A stretch of 63,373 nt of DNA, counting the filler. It is 4 parts of 4 records of this genome, joined end to end, with 100 filler letters (N's around TTAATTAATTAA, not from the genome) between each part and the next. Parts side by side here need not be neighbours in the genome. Positions count along the whole stretch, not along the records: positions 31,036 to 47,836 come from DRR723986_24311; positions 47,937 to 57,981 come from DRR723986_24355; 2 more parts are not named here. One strand, given 5' to 3'. The notes below the pieces were generated by a model. It was not told the DNA's origin. It ran no database searches and saw only the letters and a list, made by a program, of their open reading frames with translations. Made by a program: the position numbers and the translations under genes. This document shows positions 39,714-50,125 of this stretch, in pieces; the stretch's first letter is position 1; each line of letters starts with the position of its first letter.

Positions 39714-40337
39714 CGACGAACTATTTCGGTATCGTAATCTTGGCCGTAACTATCGCAATCTAGGCGGTAACCGATACGGATTTGCTTGAAGGTTGCGGGC
39801 TCAGGCCTGTTTCGACGCGTTTAGTGTTAGGAAGTCCGCAAATTCGGCGCGTTGCGCACAGTTGGGATAATCCACCTGTAGAGTGGTGTGGCTCAGATGC
39901 GAACCTGGATATTTTGCAGAACGTTGTACCTGGCAACTGCGCTGGTGGCGTCATTGCCATGAAGGCGTTCGGAGCCAGCAACGCTGAACGTCAGCTCCCC
40001 CGTTAATGCCGCGAATTTGCGTTTCCTGCGCCTTCAACATCTGGGGTAGTAAGAGAAGCGCAAGAGGGGAAAACCGCAAATCGATGCTTATCCAATGACG
40101 GGAGTCGAAAGCGGTGTATATTCAATTTGGCACGTAAGGTTTCGGTGCTTTGAAACGTCACATTGAACGATGTACGATATAACCCACCTGATCGGCTATT
40201 GGCCGTGGTTATGCAGACGGGTTTTGGAAAAAAAATTCGAAGAATGAATCGTGAATAGGCTCCTAGCCGATAGACAACGCTAGAGACGCATTTATCATCA
40301 TCGAAACTGCTGTTTGCCAGCCGTTTACAATTCAAAT

Positions 40338-40409
40338 GGGTGGACCTCATCATCCGGCGTGGGACTCGGGCGTATCCCGCTGGGTCTGGTGAGGTCCCCC
40401 GCCTTTTTT
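40338..40409 (+). ncRNA. Candidate small hairpin RNA
   Basis: About 24-bp bulged stem at 40338-40400 then T6; TACAAT box at 40326-40331. Confidence 0.3.
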
Positions 40410-40522
40410 CGCCCCCATGTCTGCTATTTCTGACTGGCGATTTCTTTGGTGCAGACTCTCGCACCTTCAACACTCACTCACGGCACACATCAGTCACCCC
40501 GTGGCCACGTTTCGTTGAGTGA

Positions 40523-40945
40523 TTAGTCCAAGAATTTGCCGCTGCGTTGGCTCTTCTTTTGGGATTGTCGCCGCTTGTTGTCCAGTCTGCGTCTGACAGA
40601 CGATTTGCTTGGCTTGGTTGGTTTTCGGACTTTGGGCGGCACGAGAGCTTGGCGAATCATTCGAGCCAGCTTTCGCATGCAAGCTTCCGAGTTGCGAGGT
40701 TGGTCCCGAAACTCTTGGCTTTGAATGACGATTTCCCCTGCCTGCGTTAAATACTGCTTTGCAATTTGTTCGAATCGACGTTGTGGTCCGGGAGGTAAGA
40801 AGCCTTTGACCGGAGTCCAACGCAGCGTGGCCTTTGAACTGACTTTATTGACGTTTTGACCGCCTGGGCCGCTACTTCTCGAGAATGTGAGCTGCAGTTG
40901 TTCGGCGGGAATGGTCAGCCGAGGGTTGATGTAGAGGTCTTTCAT
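40523..40945 (-). CDS. arfB: Alternative ribosome rescue factor ArfB (YaeJ)
   Basis: SRSSGPGGQNVNKV and basic tail RKPTKPSKSSVRRRLDNKRRQSQKK. Confidence 0.93.
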   Translation of the reverse strand: MKDLYINPRLTIPAEQLQLTFSRSSGPGGQNVNKVSSKATLRWTPVKGFLPPGPQRRFEQIAKQYLTQAGEIVIQSQEFRDQPRNSEACMRKLARMIRQALVPPKVRKPTKPSKSSVRRRLDNKRRQSQKKSQRSGKFLD

Positions 40946-41302
40946 CGCAGCAGGTCTTCAATGGGCTTTGTTGGACTGTCAGTTGTTTCGTACGGGCGGA
41001 AGTCATGCCGGGCGAAAATCTGTGCCGAGCGGACCACATCGTTTTGGCCGTCAGGATTATCGCCATCAGGTTTATCGCTGTCTGGTCGGGCGCTCGCGAA
41101 CATTGCTGGAGCTGAATAACCCGGATGATAATACCCCTGGAAACCGTTTTACGGGCACAAGGGCAACCTTGGGCGGTCGATTTTGGACTGAAACTGGGGT
41201 AAGTTGTCGGCTGCTCGCCAGCGTTTTGGCGAGGCTTCGAGTCATGACGGCTCGCCAGCCAATCGTGCCATCAAACTTTCCCCATTATCGTCCATTCCCG
41301 CC

Positions 41303-42982
41303 ATGAGTAACTCCGACGTTTCGCAAGAAGAACAGTTGATTCTATCTGCTCAGGAAAAAGGCAGCTTTGCCACTGGGCTAACCTACCTTCGGCTTTCAGG
41401 GCCAGGATGGTTGCAAGGAGCGATTACGTTGGGCGGAGGTTCGCTTGCCGGCGCACTTTATTTGGGCGTCATCATGGGCTACGACATGATGTGGCTCCAG
41501 CCGATTGCCATGGTGCTGGGCGTCATCATGCTCAGTGCGATTAGCTACGTGACGCTTTCGACCGGACAACGCCCTTTTGCTGCCATACGTGAACATATCA
41601 GTCCAGCGCTAGCGTGGGGATGGTTGATCGCAACCATGATGGCCAACGTGGTTTGGGCACTGCCGCAGTTTGCACTGGGAACCGCGGCGGTACAACAGAA
41701 TCTAGCACCGGCGACGAATAATGAGATCGGAAAGATCGTCGTCGCCGTCTCGTTGCTGATCGTTGCATCGGTTGTTGTTTGGTTTTACAACTCAGGCAGT
41801 TGGGGAATCAAGCTCTTCGAGATCATTCTCAAAATCATGGTTGGCGTCGTTGTGCTCAGCTTCTTTGGCGTTGTCATCGCAATGACTTGGGCCGGAGTAC
41901 TGGATTGGAGCCGCATTGGCGCGGGCTTTGTTCCCAATCTGTCCTATCTGTTCTCGCCGGTCCCATCCATGCAGGAAGCCATTGCCGGTAGCGACTCAGC
42001 CACTTGGTGGTCGGAGCTGATCGCGAAAACGCAGAAGGACAAAATTATCACGGCATTCGCAACTGCCGTTGGTATCAACATGACATTTCTGCTTCCCTAC
42101 TCGATGCTTCGCAAAGGATGGGGAAAGACGCATCGTGGCTTGGCGATTTGCGACCTTTCGGTCGGGCTGATCGTTCCCTTTGTCCTCGCAACTGGTTGTG
42201 TTGTGATTGCTGCTGCAAGCCAATTTCATACCAAGCACGAAGACGTGTTTGCGATGTTGGAAAGCGGAAAAGGCAAAGAGGTTGGCGAGTACAACAAATT
42301 GGTTGACAAATTGCTCACTCACCAAATGGGCGATGAATTCTCCAAGCTAGATGACGACGCAGTGGTGGCCGCGCGAGCGGAATTGCCCGAAGTGGATCGG
42401 CGAGTGGCCGCGATGCTGGCCGCGAGAGACAATTTATCGCTGGCGAAGACACTCGAGCCTCTGGTCGGTACCGGCGTATCGCAGTTGTTGTTTGGCATCG
42501 GTGTGCTCGGCATGGCTATATCGACGATCATCATCCTCATGCTGATTAACGGCTTTGCATTCTGCGAAATGCTGGGAGTTCCCGCTGAAGGCAACATGCA
42601 CCGACTTGGTAGCCTGCTGCCGGCGGTCGGTGTGTTTGGCCCGTTCGTTTGGGCGCAAGCGGCTCCAGCTCTAGCGACTCCGACCAGTGTTGCAGGTGGT
42701 GCCATGCTGCCAATTGCCTACCTATCTTTCTTGTTGCTGATGAATTGCCCCAAGCTACTGGGCGATGCTATGCCACGAGGTGCTCGACGGCTGCGTTGGA
42801 ACTTACTGATGGGCACAGCCACCCTCGTCGCCTCGTTCGCCTCCGTTTGGGGACTGATCGACAAGAAACTCACGATCGCTGGCCAAGCGGTTCCGATTGG
42901 CTGGATCGCTATCGCTATCCTCGGCGTCTTGCTAGCAATCGGCTTGCTGTCCTTTGCCAGCAAAAACGCGAGCAAGGCATAG
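41303..42982 (+). CDS. NRAMP-like divalent metal transporter
   Basis: SGPGWLQGAITLGGGS, ATAVGINMTF; about 11 TM; ATG 41303. Confidence 0.78.
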   Translation: MSNSDVSQEEQLILSAQEKGSFATGLTYLRLSGPGWLQGAITLGGGSLAGALYLGVIMGYDMMWLQPIAMVLGVIMLSAISYVTLSTGQRPFAAIREHISPALAWGWLIATMMANVVWALPQFALGTAAVQQNLAPATNNEIGKIVVAVSLLIVASVVVWFYNSGSWGIKLFEIILKIMVGVVVLSFFGVVIAMTWAGVLDWSRIGAGFVPNLSYLFSPVPSMQEAIAGSDSATWWSELIAKTQKDKIITAFATAVGINMTFLLPYSMLRKGWGKTHRGLAICDLSVGLIVPFVLATGCVVIAAASQFHTKHEDVFAMLESGKGKEVGEYNKLVDKLLTHQMGDEFSKLDDDAVVAARAELPEVDRRVAAMLAARDNLSLAKTLEPLVGTGVSQLLFGIGVLGMAISTIIILMLINGFAFCEMLGVPAEGNMHRLGSLLPAVGVFGPFVWAQAAPALATPTSVAGGAMLPIAYLSFLLLMNCPKLLGDAMPRGARRLRWNLLMGTATLVASFASVWGLIDKKLTIAGQAVPIGWIAIAILGVLLAIGLLSFASKNASKA

Positions 42983-43022
42983 TACTTCCGTGAGGCTCTA
43001 TTGACGAAAGGTCGCAGCAACG

Positions 43023-43334
43023 ATGAACGACAGTGTCCAACTTCAGCGTTCAACTGTGTTTCGTCGTTGGGGCCTATTCTGCCTCTTTTTGGGCGGCTGC
43101 ATGGCGGTCGCCCAAGCTTCAGTCAGTGTCTACGAGCACTGGGACTATCAGCAATCGGCCGAACAAGGCAGTGTGGTCGTTTACTTCTTGAAGAGTCTCG
43201 TGTACCGGTTGAGCATTGCGATTGGTGTCTGCTTATTGGTGCTGCTGCCATTCCTGGCCGCTGCGACCACGTTTCGCCTTCGTCCGCCTAGTTTTGACTT
43301 CGGCGATGGTCATGCTCCGCAAGCGAAGCAGTAG
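43023..43334 (+). CDS. Hypothetical 2-TM protein
   Basis: Two hydrophobic segments; directly follows the transporter. Confidence 0.5.
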   Translation: MNDSVQLQRSTVFRRWGLFCLFLGGCMAVAQASVSVYEHWDYQQSAEQGSVVVYFLKSLVYRLSIAIGVCLLVLLPFLAAATTFRLRPPSFDFGDGHAPQAKQ

Positions 43335-43619
43335 CCGCGATTTTGGCACTTCGGTACGCAAAGTTGCAGGCCCGCTTTCCGTAAAGCCGATGCATCAAGT
43401 ACCGGCAACAGTTAAGCCAGCTATCAATAGCTCTGCTTTCTAGCGCCATGCGGGCTGGCCAGCTTTGACAGTATTGGCTTGCCTGGGATTTGAATTGTCA
43501 CTCGTGTTGCAATCTGCGAGTATCCCGAGTGAATCTGCGGGCCAATTCCTCAATTGGCAATCAGTCCGCGGTGGTCGCAAAAGCGATGAAGTCGAATACG
43601 CAGTCAAACGTTTGAAGGG

Positions 43620-44297
43620 ATGCAAACGATGGTGCGAAAGAATATTGCGTTGCTAGCATGTGTTTTGGCGGCATGTGGGTGCCGAGGCTACCAGTACGGG
43701 CACCTGCTCAAAGGCAACGCTCCGGACATGGTCGGCAGCCACTCTGCTGGCAGCGAAGTGTATGGGCCGCTGGTCGAAGAATCAGTCGCAAGACTCCTTG
43801 GGGCGTGTGAGGCTCCGGGCAAGACTGACTCCTTCACACCAGATGGATCCCCAGTCCCGAGCCGGATCTGCTTTGTTGGCATCGAGAACAAGAGCTCAGA
43901 AGAACTCAGTGATTTCAAAGACCATCTCTATGAGTTGATTGACACGCAGATCAACCGCGCCGATCGTTTTGAATCGATCAGCAGGCGTCTGGTCGACGAA
44001 GCGCTCAAGAATTCGAATCTTCGCCCTGATGAGTTGCTGCTGCAGCGGAACATGCAGCAGTTTACGGCCATTTTGCAACAAGATTCGCCACCGGTTGACT
44101 ACCTCCTGTTCGCCAAGCTGACGAGCGGCACCACAGAGCGAAACGCCTCCAGCCAGCGGGATTACTTGCTTGGCTTGGAACTCGTGGACGTCCGCACCGG
44201 GCGTTTCGTGAAGGAACAGGCTGAAATCCGTAAGGGATATCACAAGTCGCCGTTCGGCAAGCTGGCCAACTACAGTCTCTTCCCTGCAGGTCGATAG
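43620..44297 (+). CDS. LpoB-like lipoprotein (PBP activator family)
   Basis: Lipobox ACGC; IENKSSE, DYLLFAKLTS, DYLLGLELVD. Confidence 0.7.
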   Translation: MQTMVRKNIALLACVLAACGCRGYQYGHLLKGNAPDMVGSHSAGSEVYGPLVEESVARLLGACEAPGKTDSFTPDGSPVPSRICFVGIENKSSEELSDFKDHLYELIDTQINRADRFESISRRLVDEALKNSNLRPDELLLQRNMQQFTAILQQDSPPVDYLLFAKLTSGTTERNASSQRDYLLGLELVDVRTGRFVKEQAEIRKGYHKSPFGKLANYSLFPAGR

Positions 44298-44320
44298 CTG
44301 AATCTGCTGGGTGCAAGAAG

Positions 44321-45790
44321 TTGATAGACCGTAGCATTAGCACTTCTACTTCCCAAAACGCATCACCGCTCGAACATCTCTCCTCGAAACGCACTTCGCG
44401 CGAACAGGACAGAGGGCGAGCGGTTTCGCATGCGCAGGCGATATGCCTTCTTCTCGGGCTAATCGTCAGCGGCACGGCAGGTTGTGCGACTCACGCAAAA
44501 CGCATTGCTGCACCCAGACGCGACTTCTACACCGGCAATCTGACTTCCGCACGCAAGCAACTAACTAGCCTTAGTGAGAAACACGCCAAGGATGCTTCTG
44601 TGCTCCAGTTGGATCTCGCCATGCTGGATTTGGTCGAGGGCCGCGTGGATGAGGCTGAAGACCGATTGCGATGGACGCGTGACGAGTGGGATCGCATGGA
44701 GCAGGCCTCGCTGGCGGAGGCTGCTCTCGCAACGATTCATGATGACCAGAGTCGTGCGTACGCAGGCGAGGACTACGAAAAAGTGCTCCTGCGGGTCTTC
44801 CTGACGCTATCGAGTCTTATGGGAGACGGAATCGACGCCGAAAGCTACTCGTTGCAAACCCTGAAGAAGCACCAGGAGATTCTCGAACGAGTTCAGGACT
44901 CAGGCGAGCCCAAAGACAGTGGCGATTCGACCAACAATGAAAGCAAATATGCACCACATTATTGCATACCGGCCATAGCACCCTATCTGCGCGGTGTGCT
45001 TCGAGAAGCGACGTACAGCAACTACGACGACGCGCTGCGATCGTATACTCGAGCACTCGAACTGCAGCCTACAGCAGAGTTCTTGCATGCCGATATCGAG
45101 CGAGTCACCACTGGTACTCACAGCGCGCCCGGCAACGGAGTTCTCTATGTGATCGCGATGGTTGGTCAGGGGCCAAGTAAGGTTGAGGTTGAAGCTCCGG
45201 TAACCACAAACGCCCTCCTGCTGGCCGATCAGATTCTGTCGCAGTTCAGCGAGTATTCGTTGCCGCCCACCTTGGCTCCAGTGAAAGTGCCGTCGGTTAG
45301 TAGTCCACCCAAGCCATTCGAATTGGTAGGCATCCAAACCAATCGACAAGCTACGACAACTCTGCCGATCACTGACTTACATCTGTTGGCCGAGAATGCT
45401 GTACAAGCGAACATGTCAAAAACCATCGCTCGTGCCGTTGTGCGACGCTTGGTTAAAAAGGGCGCCATGGTCGGAGCCAAAGACCGCTTGGCGGCCGACT
45501 CCGACATTGCATCGTTGGCCATCGACATAGCCGGAGTGGCCTGGGAAGCGACGGAATCGGCCGACACGCGTTGCTGGGGCGTACTCCCACGAGAGATTCA
45601 GGTCGCTCGTTTGGAGCTTCCCGCCGGCCAGCACACGGTGCTCCTGGAGCCAATAACCGCAGCCAAACCCGTCGGCCCACCACAAACGGTTACTGTCCAG
45701 ATTGCAAATGGGCAAAATCACTACGTTCTCGGCTACTGGCCAGGCCTGAAGCCCGTTGGCGACCTCCAAATCAGCGACCAAAGTCAATAG
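44321..45790 (+). CDS. COG3014 family TPR lipoprotein
   Basis: Lipobox TAGC; YAGEDYEKV, ADTRCWGVLP..IQVARL.LPAG.H. Confidence 0.75.
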   Translation: MIDRSISTSTSQNASPLEHLSSKRTSREQDRGRAVSHAQAICLLLGLIVSGTAGCATHAKRIAAPRRDFYTGNLTSARKQLTSLSEKHAKDASVLQLDLAMLDLVEGRVDEAEDRLRWTRDEWDRMEQASLAEAALATIHDDQSRAYAGEDYEKVLLRVFLTLSSLMGDGIDAESYSLQTLKKHQEILERVQDSGEPKDSGDSTNNESKYAPHYCIPAIAPYLRGVLREATYSNYDDALRSYTRALELQPTAEFLHADIERVTTGTHSAPGNGVLYVIAMVGQGPSKVEVEAPVTTNALLLADQILSQFSEYSLPPTLAPVKVPSVSSPPKPFELVGIQTNRQATTTLPITDLHLLAENAVQANMSKTIARAVVRRLVKKGAMVGAKDRLAADSDIASLAIDIAGVAWEATESADTRCWGVLPREIQVARLELPAGQHTVLLEPITAAKPVGPPQTVTVQIANGQNHYVLGYWPGLKPVGDLQISDQSQ

Positions 45791-45906
45791 CCGACTTATT
45801 GGTCACTAGCCAACTTATTGACCGGTGCGATGCCCCTAATCAGTACGTGCTGGATTGAATGGCCCGGCCCTACAGGTTTGGTTAGAATTAGGGTGAGGAG
45901 ACAACG

Positions 45907-46125
45907 ATGACCAAGGTAAAAATTGAAGCAAACATTGCAGAGCAGATTAGGCAGAGTGATGGGCCAATCGAGCTGGTTGATGACAACGGACAAACAATCG
46001 GTACGGTGCGCCGCCCGCCTACGGAAGATGAGATCAAACGAGCCAACTCACGAGCCAGTCAAGGCGGTGAACGTCTGACCTTTGCACAAGTGACCGCGAA
46101 AGTGCAGGATACTGCCGAGAGATGA
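45907..46125 (+). CDS. Putative antitoxin
   Basis: 72 aa; RBS GAGGAG; TAGAAT -10; ATGA overlap with RelE/ParE-like ORF. Confidence 0.55.
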   Translation: MTKVKIEANIAEQIRQSDGPIELVDDNGQTIGTVRRPPTEDEIKRANSRASQGGERLTFAQVTAKVQDTAER

Positions 46126-46373
46126 TCTACAGTGTTGAGTTTTCTCTGGAGGCGACAGCGGAATTGCTCCGCATCGGGGAAGTTGTTGGGTCCTCAACAT
46201 CGGTTCTGCAGGCTCTAGCGGCCATCAAGGAGCGATTAGAGGAGGATCCTGCCGAGGAAGGTATCTTTCTATCCGAGGGGCTTTACTACATCGATTCTGA
46301 GCCACTTCGAGCTTTCTTCTTGATCGACGCCCAGTCAATGCTTGTTGAAATCACTGACTTTCGAATTCTGTAG
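46122..46373 (+). CDS. RelE/ParE-fold toxin-like protein
   Basis: YSVEFSLEATAEL...LEEDP..EG...PLRAFFLID...VEI pattern. Confidence 0.55.
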   Translation: MIYSVEFSLEATAELLRIGEVVGSSTSVLQALAAIKERLEEDPAEEGIFLSEGLYYIDSEPLRAFFLIDAQSMLVEITDFRIL

Positions 46374-46604
46374 TCCAACGCGGCTGAGCCCCGTCTGCCC
46401 CTTATTGATGCACCGCGGCAAGTAGGCCATGTCTGCCAGACTGTGCCGCGTTAGCAAGTGCAAACGCTAGCTTTGTCGCTCGTCGACAATCGCTCTTCCC
46501 GCCGAGCAGCCAAAACAGATATAGCTGTTGGTAAGTGCCGCGGTCGCACGCGCCAGTGGTTGCGTTTTTTCACCGCTGTCGTCCCGACAAAAATGCCCTC
46601 CCGG

Positions 46605-47777
46605 ATGAATCTGATGAACCGTTTGTCCACGCTCCTTGCCCTAACCACATTGTTCGCTGGCTTGATCAGCCCTGTAGAAGCGCAAACCACCACTGAAGCT
46701 GTGTCTCGTGGCCTACTGCAGGTCTACAAGTCAACACAGTCGGCTCGAACCGAAGCGGATGTGACCGCCATAGCACGCGCTTGCTCCCGTGTCATTCAGG
46801 ATCGAAACAGAAGTCAGACCGATCGCGACTATGCATCCAATCTATTTGGTTGGGCACTGAACCGTCGAGGCGAGATGCGAAACGAAGCAGCCGGGCAACT
46901 GGTCCAGGAAGGCAAGTTCAAAGAGGCCGCCGAGATGGATGCCAAGGCGGCAGAAGACTACGCAACGGCTATTCAGTATGGGAAACCGAACTGGAGAGTG
47001 CACCACAACTATGCAATTTCACTGGCGATGGCCAGCGACTTCGAAAATGCGATTGAGCAGTTTACTCGCGCCATCGAGCTGAACTCTGAATACGCCAACG
47101 CCTACTTCAATCGTGGTGAAATCTATTTTGAAGCCGGTAAATTCGCCGATGCGACCAGCGACTACACCCAAGCAATTGAGCTGGACGACTCCGATCCGCA
47201 GTATTTCAACAGCCGCGGTCACAGCAGATTCATGGACAAACAGTACGAGTCGGCAATTACGGACTACAAGACGGCCGCTAGCTTGGACCCGCGAAGTGTT
47301 GTATTCAAGACCGATTTGGCAGACGCTTATCACTACGTTGGACGCTGGGAACGAGCTGCGGAGACGTACAAGGCAGCTATTGCAATCGACAATTCCCATG
47401 CTCGAGCTTACCAGAACGCAGCCTGGTTGATGGCGACTTGCCCCGACGCAAAGTTTCGCAAACCCGAGCTGGCTTTGAGCGCAGCGCGGCGTGCACTTTC
47501 ACTAGCGAAGCAAAAGGACGCGAGGATTCTTGACACACTCGCCGCAGCTTCAGCCGCTAACGGCAAGTTTGACGAGGCGGCGAAGATCTTGTCTGAGGCC
47601 ATCCAGCTTGCAAGCTCAGGCGAACGCGAAGAGCTTTCGCAGCGTCTTGGCCTCTACCGCCGCGGTCGCGCTTATGTACAACCCGAAGTAGCCATGGCTC
47701 AGAGCACAACCGCCGTTCGCACCGCAAGTGCCCAACGCCCAGCAAATGAATCTCCCAACCGCCGCTCTCGCCGCTGA
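46605..47777 (+). CDS. Secreted TPR protein
   Basis: Signal peptide; multiple TPRs (AYFNRG, YTQAIEL); AWLMATCPD...LDTLAAA motif. Confidence 0.85.
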   Translation: MNLMNRLSTLLALTTLFAGLISPVEAQTTTEAVSRGLLQVYKSTQSARTEADVTAIARACSRVIQDRNRSQTDRDYASNLFGWALNRRGEMRNEAAGQLVQEGKFKEAAEMDAKAAEDYATAIQYGKPNWRVHHNYAISLAMASDFENAIEQFTRAIELNSEYANAYFNRGEIYFEAGKFADATSDYTQAIELDDSDPQYFNSRGHSRFMDKQYESAITDYKTAASLDPRSVVFKTDLADAYHYVGRWERAAETYKAAIAIDNSHARAYQNAAWLMATCPDAKFRKPELALSAARRALSLAKQKDARILDTLAAASAANGKFDEAAKILSEAIQLASSGEREELSQRLGLYRRGRAYVQPEVAMAQSTTAVRTASAQRPANESPNRRSRR

Positions 47778-47801
47778 CGCACGCCAAACTCAACTATGCC
47801 A

Positions 47802-47836
47802 CCTCCCCCTCTGGGAGAGGTCGGGCGTCAGCCCGG
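47802..47836. repeat. REP-like double hairpin at contig end
   Basis: CCTCCCCC-TCT-GGGAGAGG then TCGGGC-GTCA-GCCCGG. Confidence 0.55.
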
Positions 47837-47936
47837 NNNNNNNNNNNNNNNNNNNNNNNNNNNNNNNNNNNNNNNNNNNNTTAATTAATTAANNNNNNNN
47901 NNNNNNNNNNNNNNNNNNNNNNNNNNNNNNNNNNNN
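47837..47936. other. Artificial contig linker
   Basis: N44-TTAATTAATTAA-N44. Confidence 0.98.
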
Positions 47937-48264
47937 ACTAACAAAAGCAAAAAACAAGCCGCCCGCTTTCTGAAGCGGAGGCGAAGTGCTCAGGAAATGC
48001 AGATATAACAGATTCGCTCGGTATTGTAGTGGCGAAGTGCGCAAGACATTGATCTGGCAGGATTACAGACAATGAGTGTGTGTGAAGAGCTGGAAAGTTC
48101 GGGGACTGCGATTCCAAAAATTGTGTGCTGTAGGTCCATGAATAGTGCGGCGAAATGATAAATGCGGATGAATTCGGAACAAAATGGTAATCTTGTAATT
48201 CCGTAAGACAGAAAGGCTACCGGCCTGACCTGAAAATGATCTGAATGCCTGCGCTCCGACTTAT

Positions 48265-49494
48265 ATGCCCATGCCCATGCGCCCTTCGACCTTTATTGCC
48301 AAACGATATGCTCAGCCGCGGAATAATGCGCGTTTTCTATCCTTTGTGTCACTCGTGGCATTGGCTGGAATTGCACTGGGCTCGGCTGCCCTGATTGTCT
48401 CCATGGCGGTGCTGGACGGCTTTGAGCATGAGCTGAAAGTTAATGCGGTCAAATTCAGTTCGCATATTCAGGTGAGTGGGTATGATGAGGCACCGATCCC
48501 GAATGCGGAGTCCAAACGCGAGGGAATTTTTAATGTGGTGCCGAACGTGAAAGCGGTATCCCCCTACGTAAATCACCATGCGGTGGTGCGGACGTCCGAG
48601 TTCCTGGAAGGGATAGTTGTAAAAGGTATCAAGCCGGAGCTGGATGTTTCGACGCTGAATGAGAGTATGACCGAGGGTGAGTTTGCTTTTTCTGCCGATG
48701 ACGCGTTTGAAATGATTGTGGGGCGTAAACTGGCGCGGCAGCTGGGAGTTGGAATTGGCGATGATATCGTGATTTACGCCCTGGTGGGAGATCCGGCGGC
48801 AGGCGCGCTGCCAATTATTGAGCAGTTTAGCGTAGCCGGAATTTACGAGACAGGGATGGCGGTTTATGACGACCTCTACGTGTACGTTCCGTTTAAGAGA
48901 GCACAAGTCCTGTTTGAGCTGCCCAAAAATTCGGCGAGTGGCTTTGATATTCTGGTTGAAGACCTTGACAAGATTGACAGGACCGCCGACCTGCTTGACA
49001 AGCTCATGCAGTATCCCTTTTTTAGCCGGACTGTTTTTGACCAATACGCGGGCATGTTTGCCTGGATTGAGTTGCAAAAAGAGCCGATTCCGATTGTGCT
49101 GGGGCTGATAAGCATTGTGGCCGTCTTTAATGTGATAGCCACGCTGCTGATGCTGGTGGTCGAAAAAATTCGCTCGATTGGAATTTTGCGTTCGCTGGGC
49201 ATGTCGCGCGCCGGCATCCGCCGCATCTTTTTATACCAGGGTTTGGCGCTGGGCGCTACGGGAACGCTGGCGGGCTGTGCACTGGGATTTCTGCTGTGCT
49301 GGATACAGGCGGAATTTCAGGTGATTTCGCTGCAGGGAGAGCTCTACTTTCTGGACGCGGTGCCTATAAAATTTGAAGCTTCACACTACATAATCGTGGC
49401 GCTGGTGGGTTTGGCGCTGAGCTTTATGGCGACCTTGATTCCGGCGGGGATTGCGGCGCGAATTCGGCCGCTGCGTGCTCTGCGCTTTTCCTGA
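48265..49494 (+). CDS. LolC/E-like ABC permease (MacB/FtsX family)
   Basis: GIALGSAALIVSMAVLDGF, VAVFNVIATLLMLVVEK..SIGILRSLG, PAGIAARIRP. Confidence 0.88.
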   Translation: MPMPMRPSTFIAKRYAQPRNNARFLSFVSLVALAGIALGSAALIVSMAVLDGFEHELKVNAVKFSSHIQVSGYDEAPIPNAESKREGIFNVVPNVKAVSPYVNHHAVVRTSEFLEGIVVKGIKPELDVSTLNESMTEGEFAFSADDAFEMIVGRKLARQLGVGIGDDIVIYALVGDPAAGALPIIEQFSVAGIYETGMAVYDDLYVYVPFKRAQVLFELPKNSASGFDILVEDLDKIDRTADLLDKLMQYPFFSRTVFDQYAGMFAWIELQKEPIPIVLGLISIVAVFNVIATLLMLVVEKIRSIGILRSLGMSRAGIRRIFLYQGLALGATGTLAGCALGFLLCWIQAEFQVISLQGELYFLDAVPIKFEASHYIIVALVGLALSFMATLIPAGIAARIRPLRALRFS

Positions 49495-49642
49495 TCCAAG
49501 GCAAATTTTGTTTGTCTCTGATTGTAGGGCGGGAAGCCGTTTAGAGACTTGCATTCCTTTGAAAGCTTTGTATATTTAAGGCTTTGCGGCAGACCCGGCT
49601 TCAACCGGACATTCTTACAGAATGCGAGAGGCATGGCGCGTC

Positions 49643-50125
49643 ATGGTCAAAGTCCTTTTTGTATGTTTGGGCAACATCTGTCGGTCACCGATGGCTGAGG
49701 GCCTGTTTCAGCACAAGCTTCGCGAAGCCGGGCTGGAAGATAAGGTTCATGTTGATTCAGCAGGCACAGATTCGTATCACACGGGCAAGCCACCGGACGA
49801 GCGTATGCTTGCGATGGCGGCGGCGCGTGGAATCAGCCTGGAATGTGCGGCGCGCAACTTGTGTAAGGACGACCTGATAGAGTTTGATTACGTGATTGCG
49901 ATGGATCAAAGCAATCGGGAGCGCATCATGTGCGTCCGTGATCGTATCGAACTAGCTACGAGTCGTATTTTTCTGATGCGTGCCTTCGACCCGACCGGTC
50001 ACCCTGATGCGGAAGTTCCGGATCCGTATTACGGCGGCGAGCAAGACTTTCAAACCGTTTTTGATATTCTAGACCGCAGTACACAGAATCTCCTGTCGTT
50101 TGTGGTAAAAGAACACTATCTATGA
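49643..50125 (+). CDS. Low molecular weight protein-tyrosine phosphatase
   Basis: VCLGNICRSPMAE, DSAGT, DPYYG. Confidence 0.93.
   Translation: MVKVLFVCLGNICRSPMAEGLFQHKLREAGLEDKVHVDSAGTDSYHTGKPPDERMLAMAAARGISLECAARNLCKDDLIEFDYVIAMDQSNRERIMCVRDRIELATSRIFLMRAFDPTGHPDAEVPDPYYGGEQDFQTVFDILDRSTQNLLSFVVKEHYL

Noticed and set aside
40128..40145. Possible sigma-54 promoter TTGGCACG
   Set aside because: No TTGC -12 element at the required spacing
40003..40473. 156-aa minus-strand ORF in the fhcC-arfB gap
   Set aside because: TTG start, no RBS or motif, and it crosses AT-rich promoter-like DNA and the hairpin
47937..48264. Possible gene start or leader RNA at the beginning of contig 3
   Set aside because: Only a short GGCGAAGTGC duplication and no convincing ORF or fold; too little context
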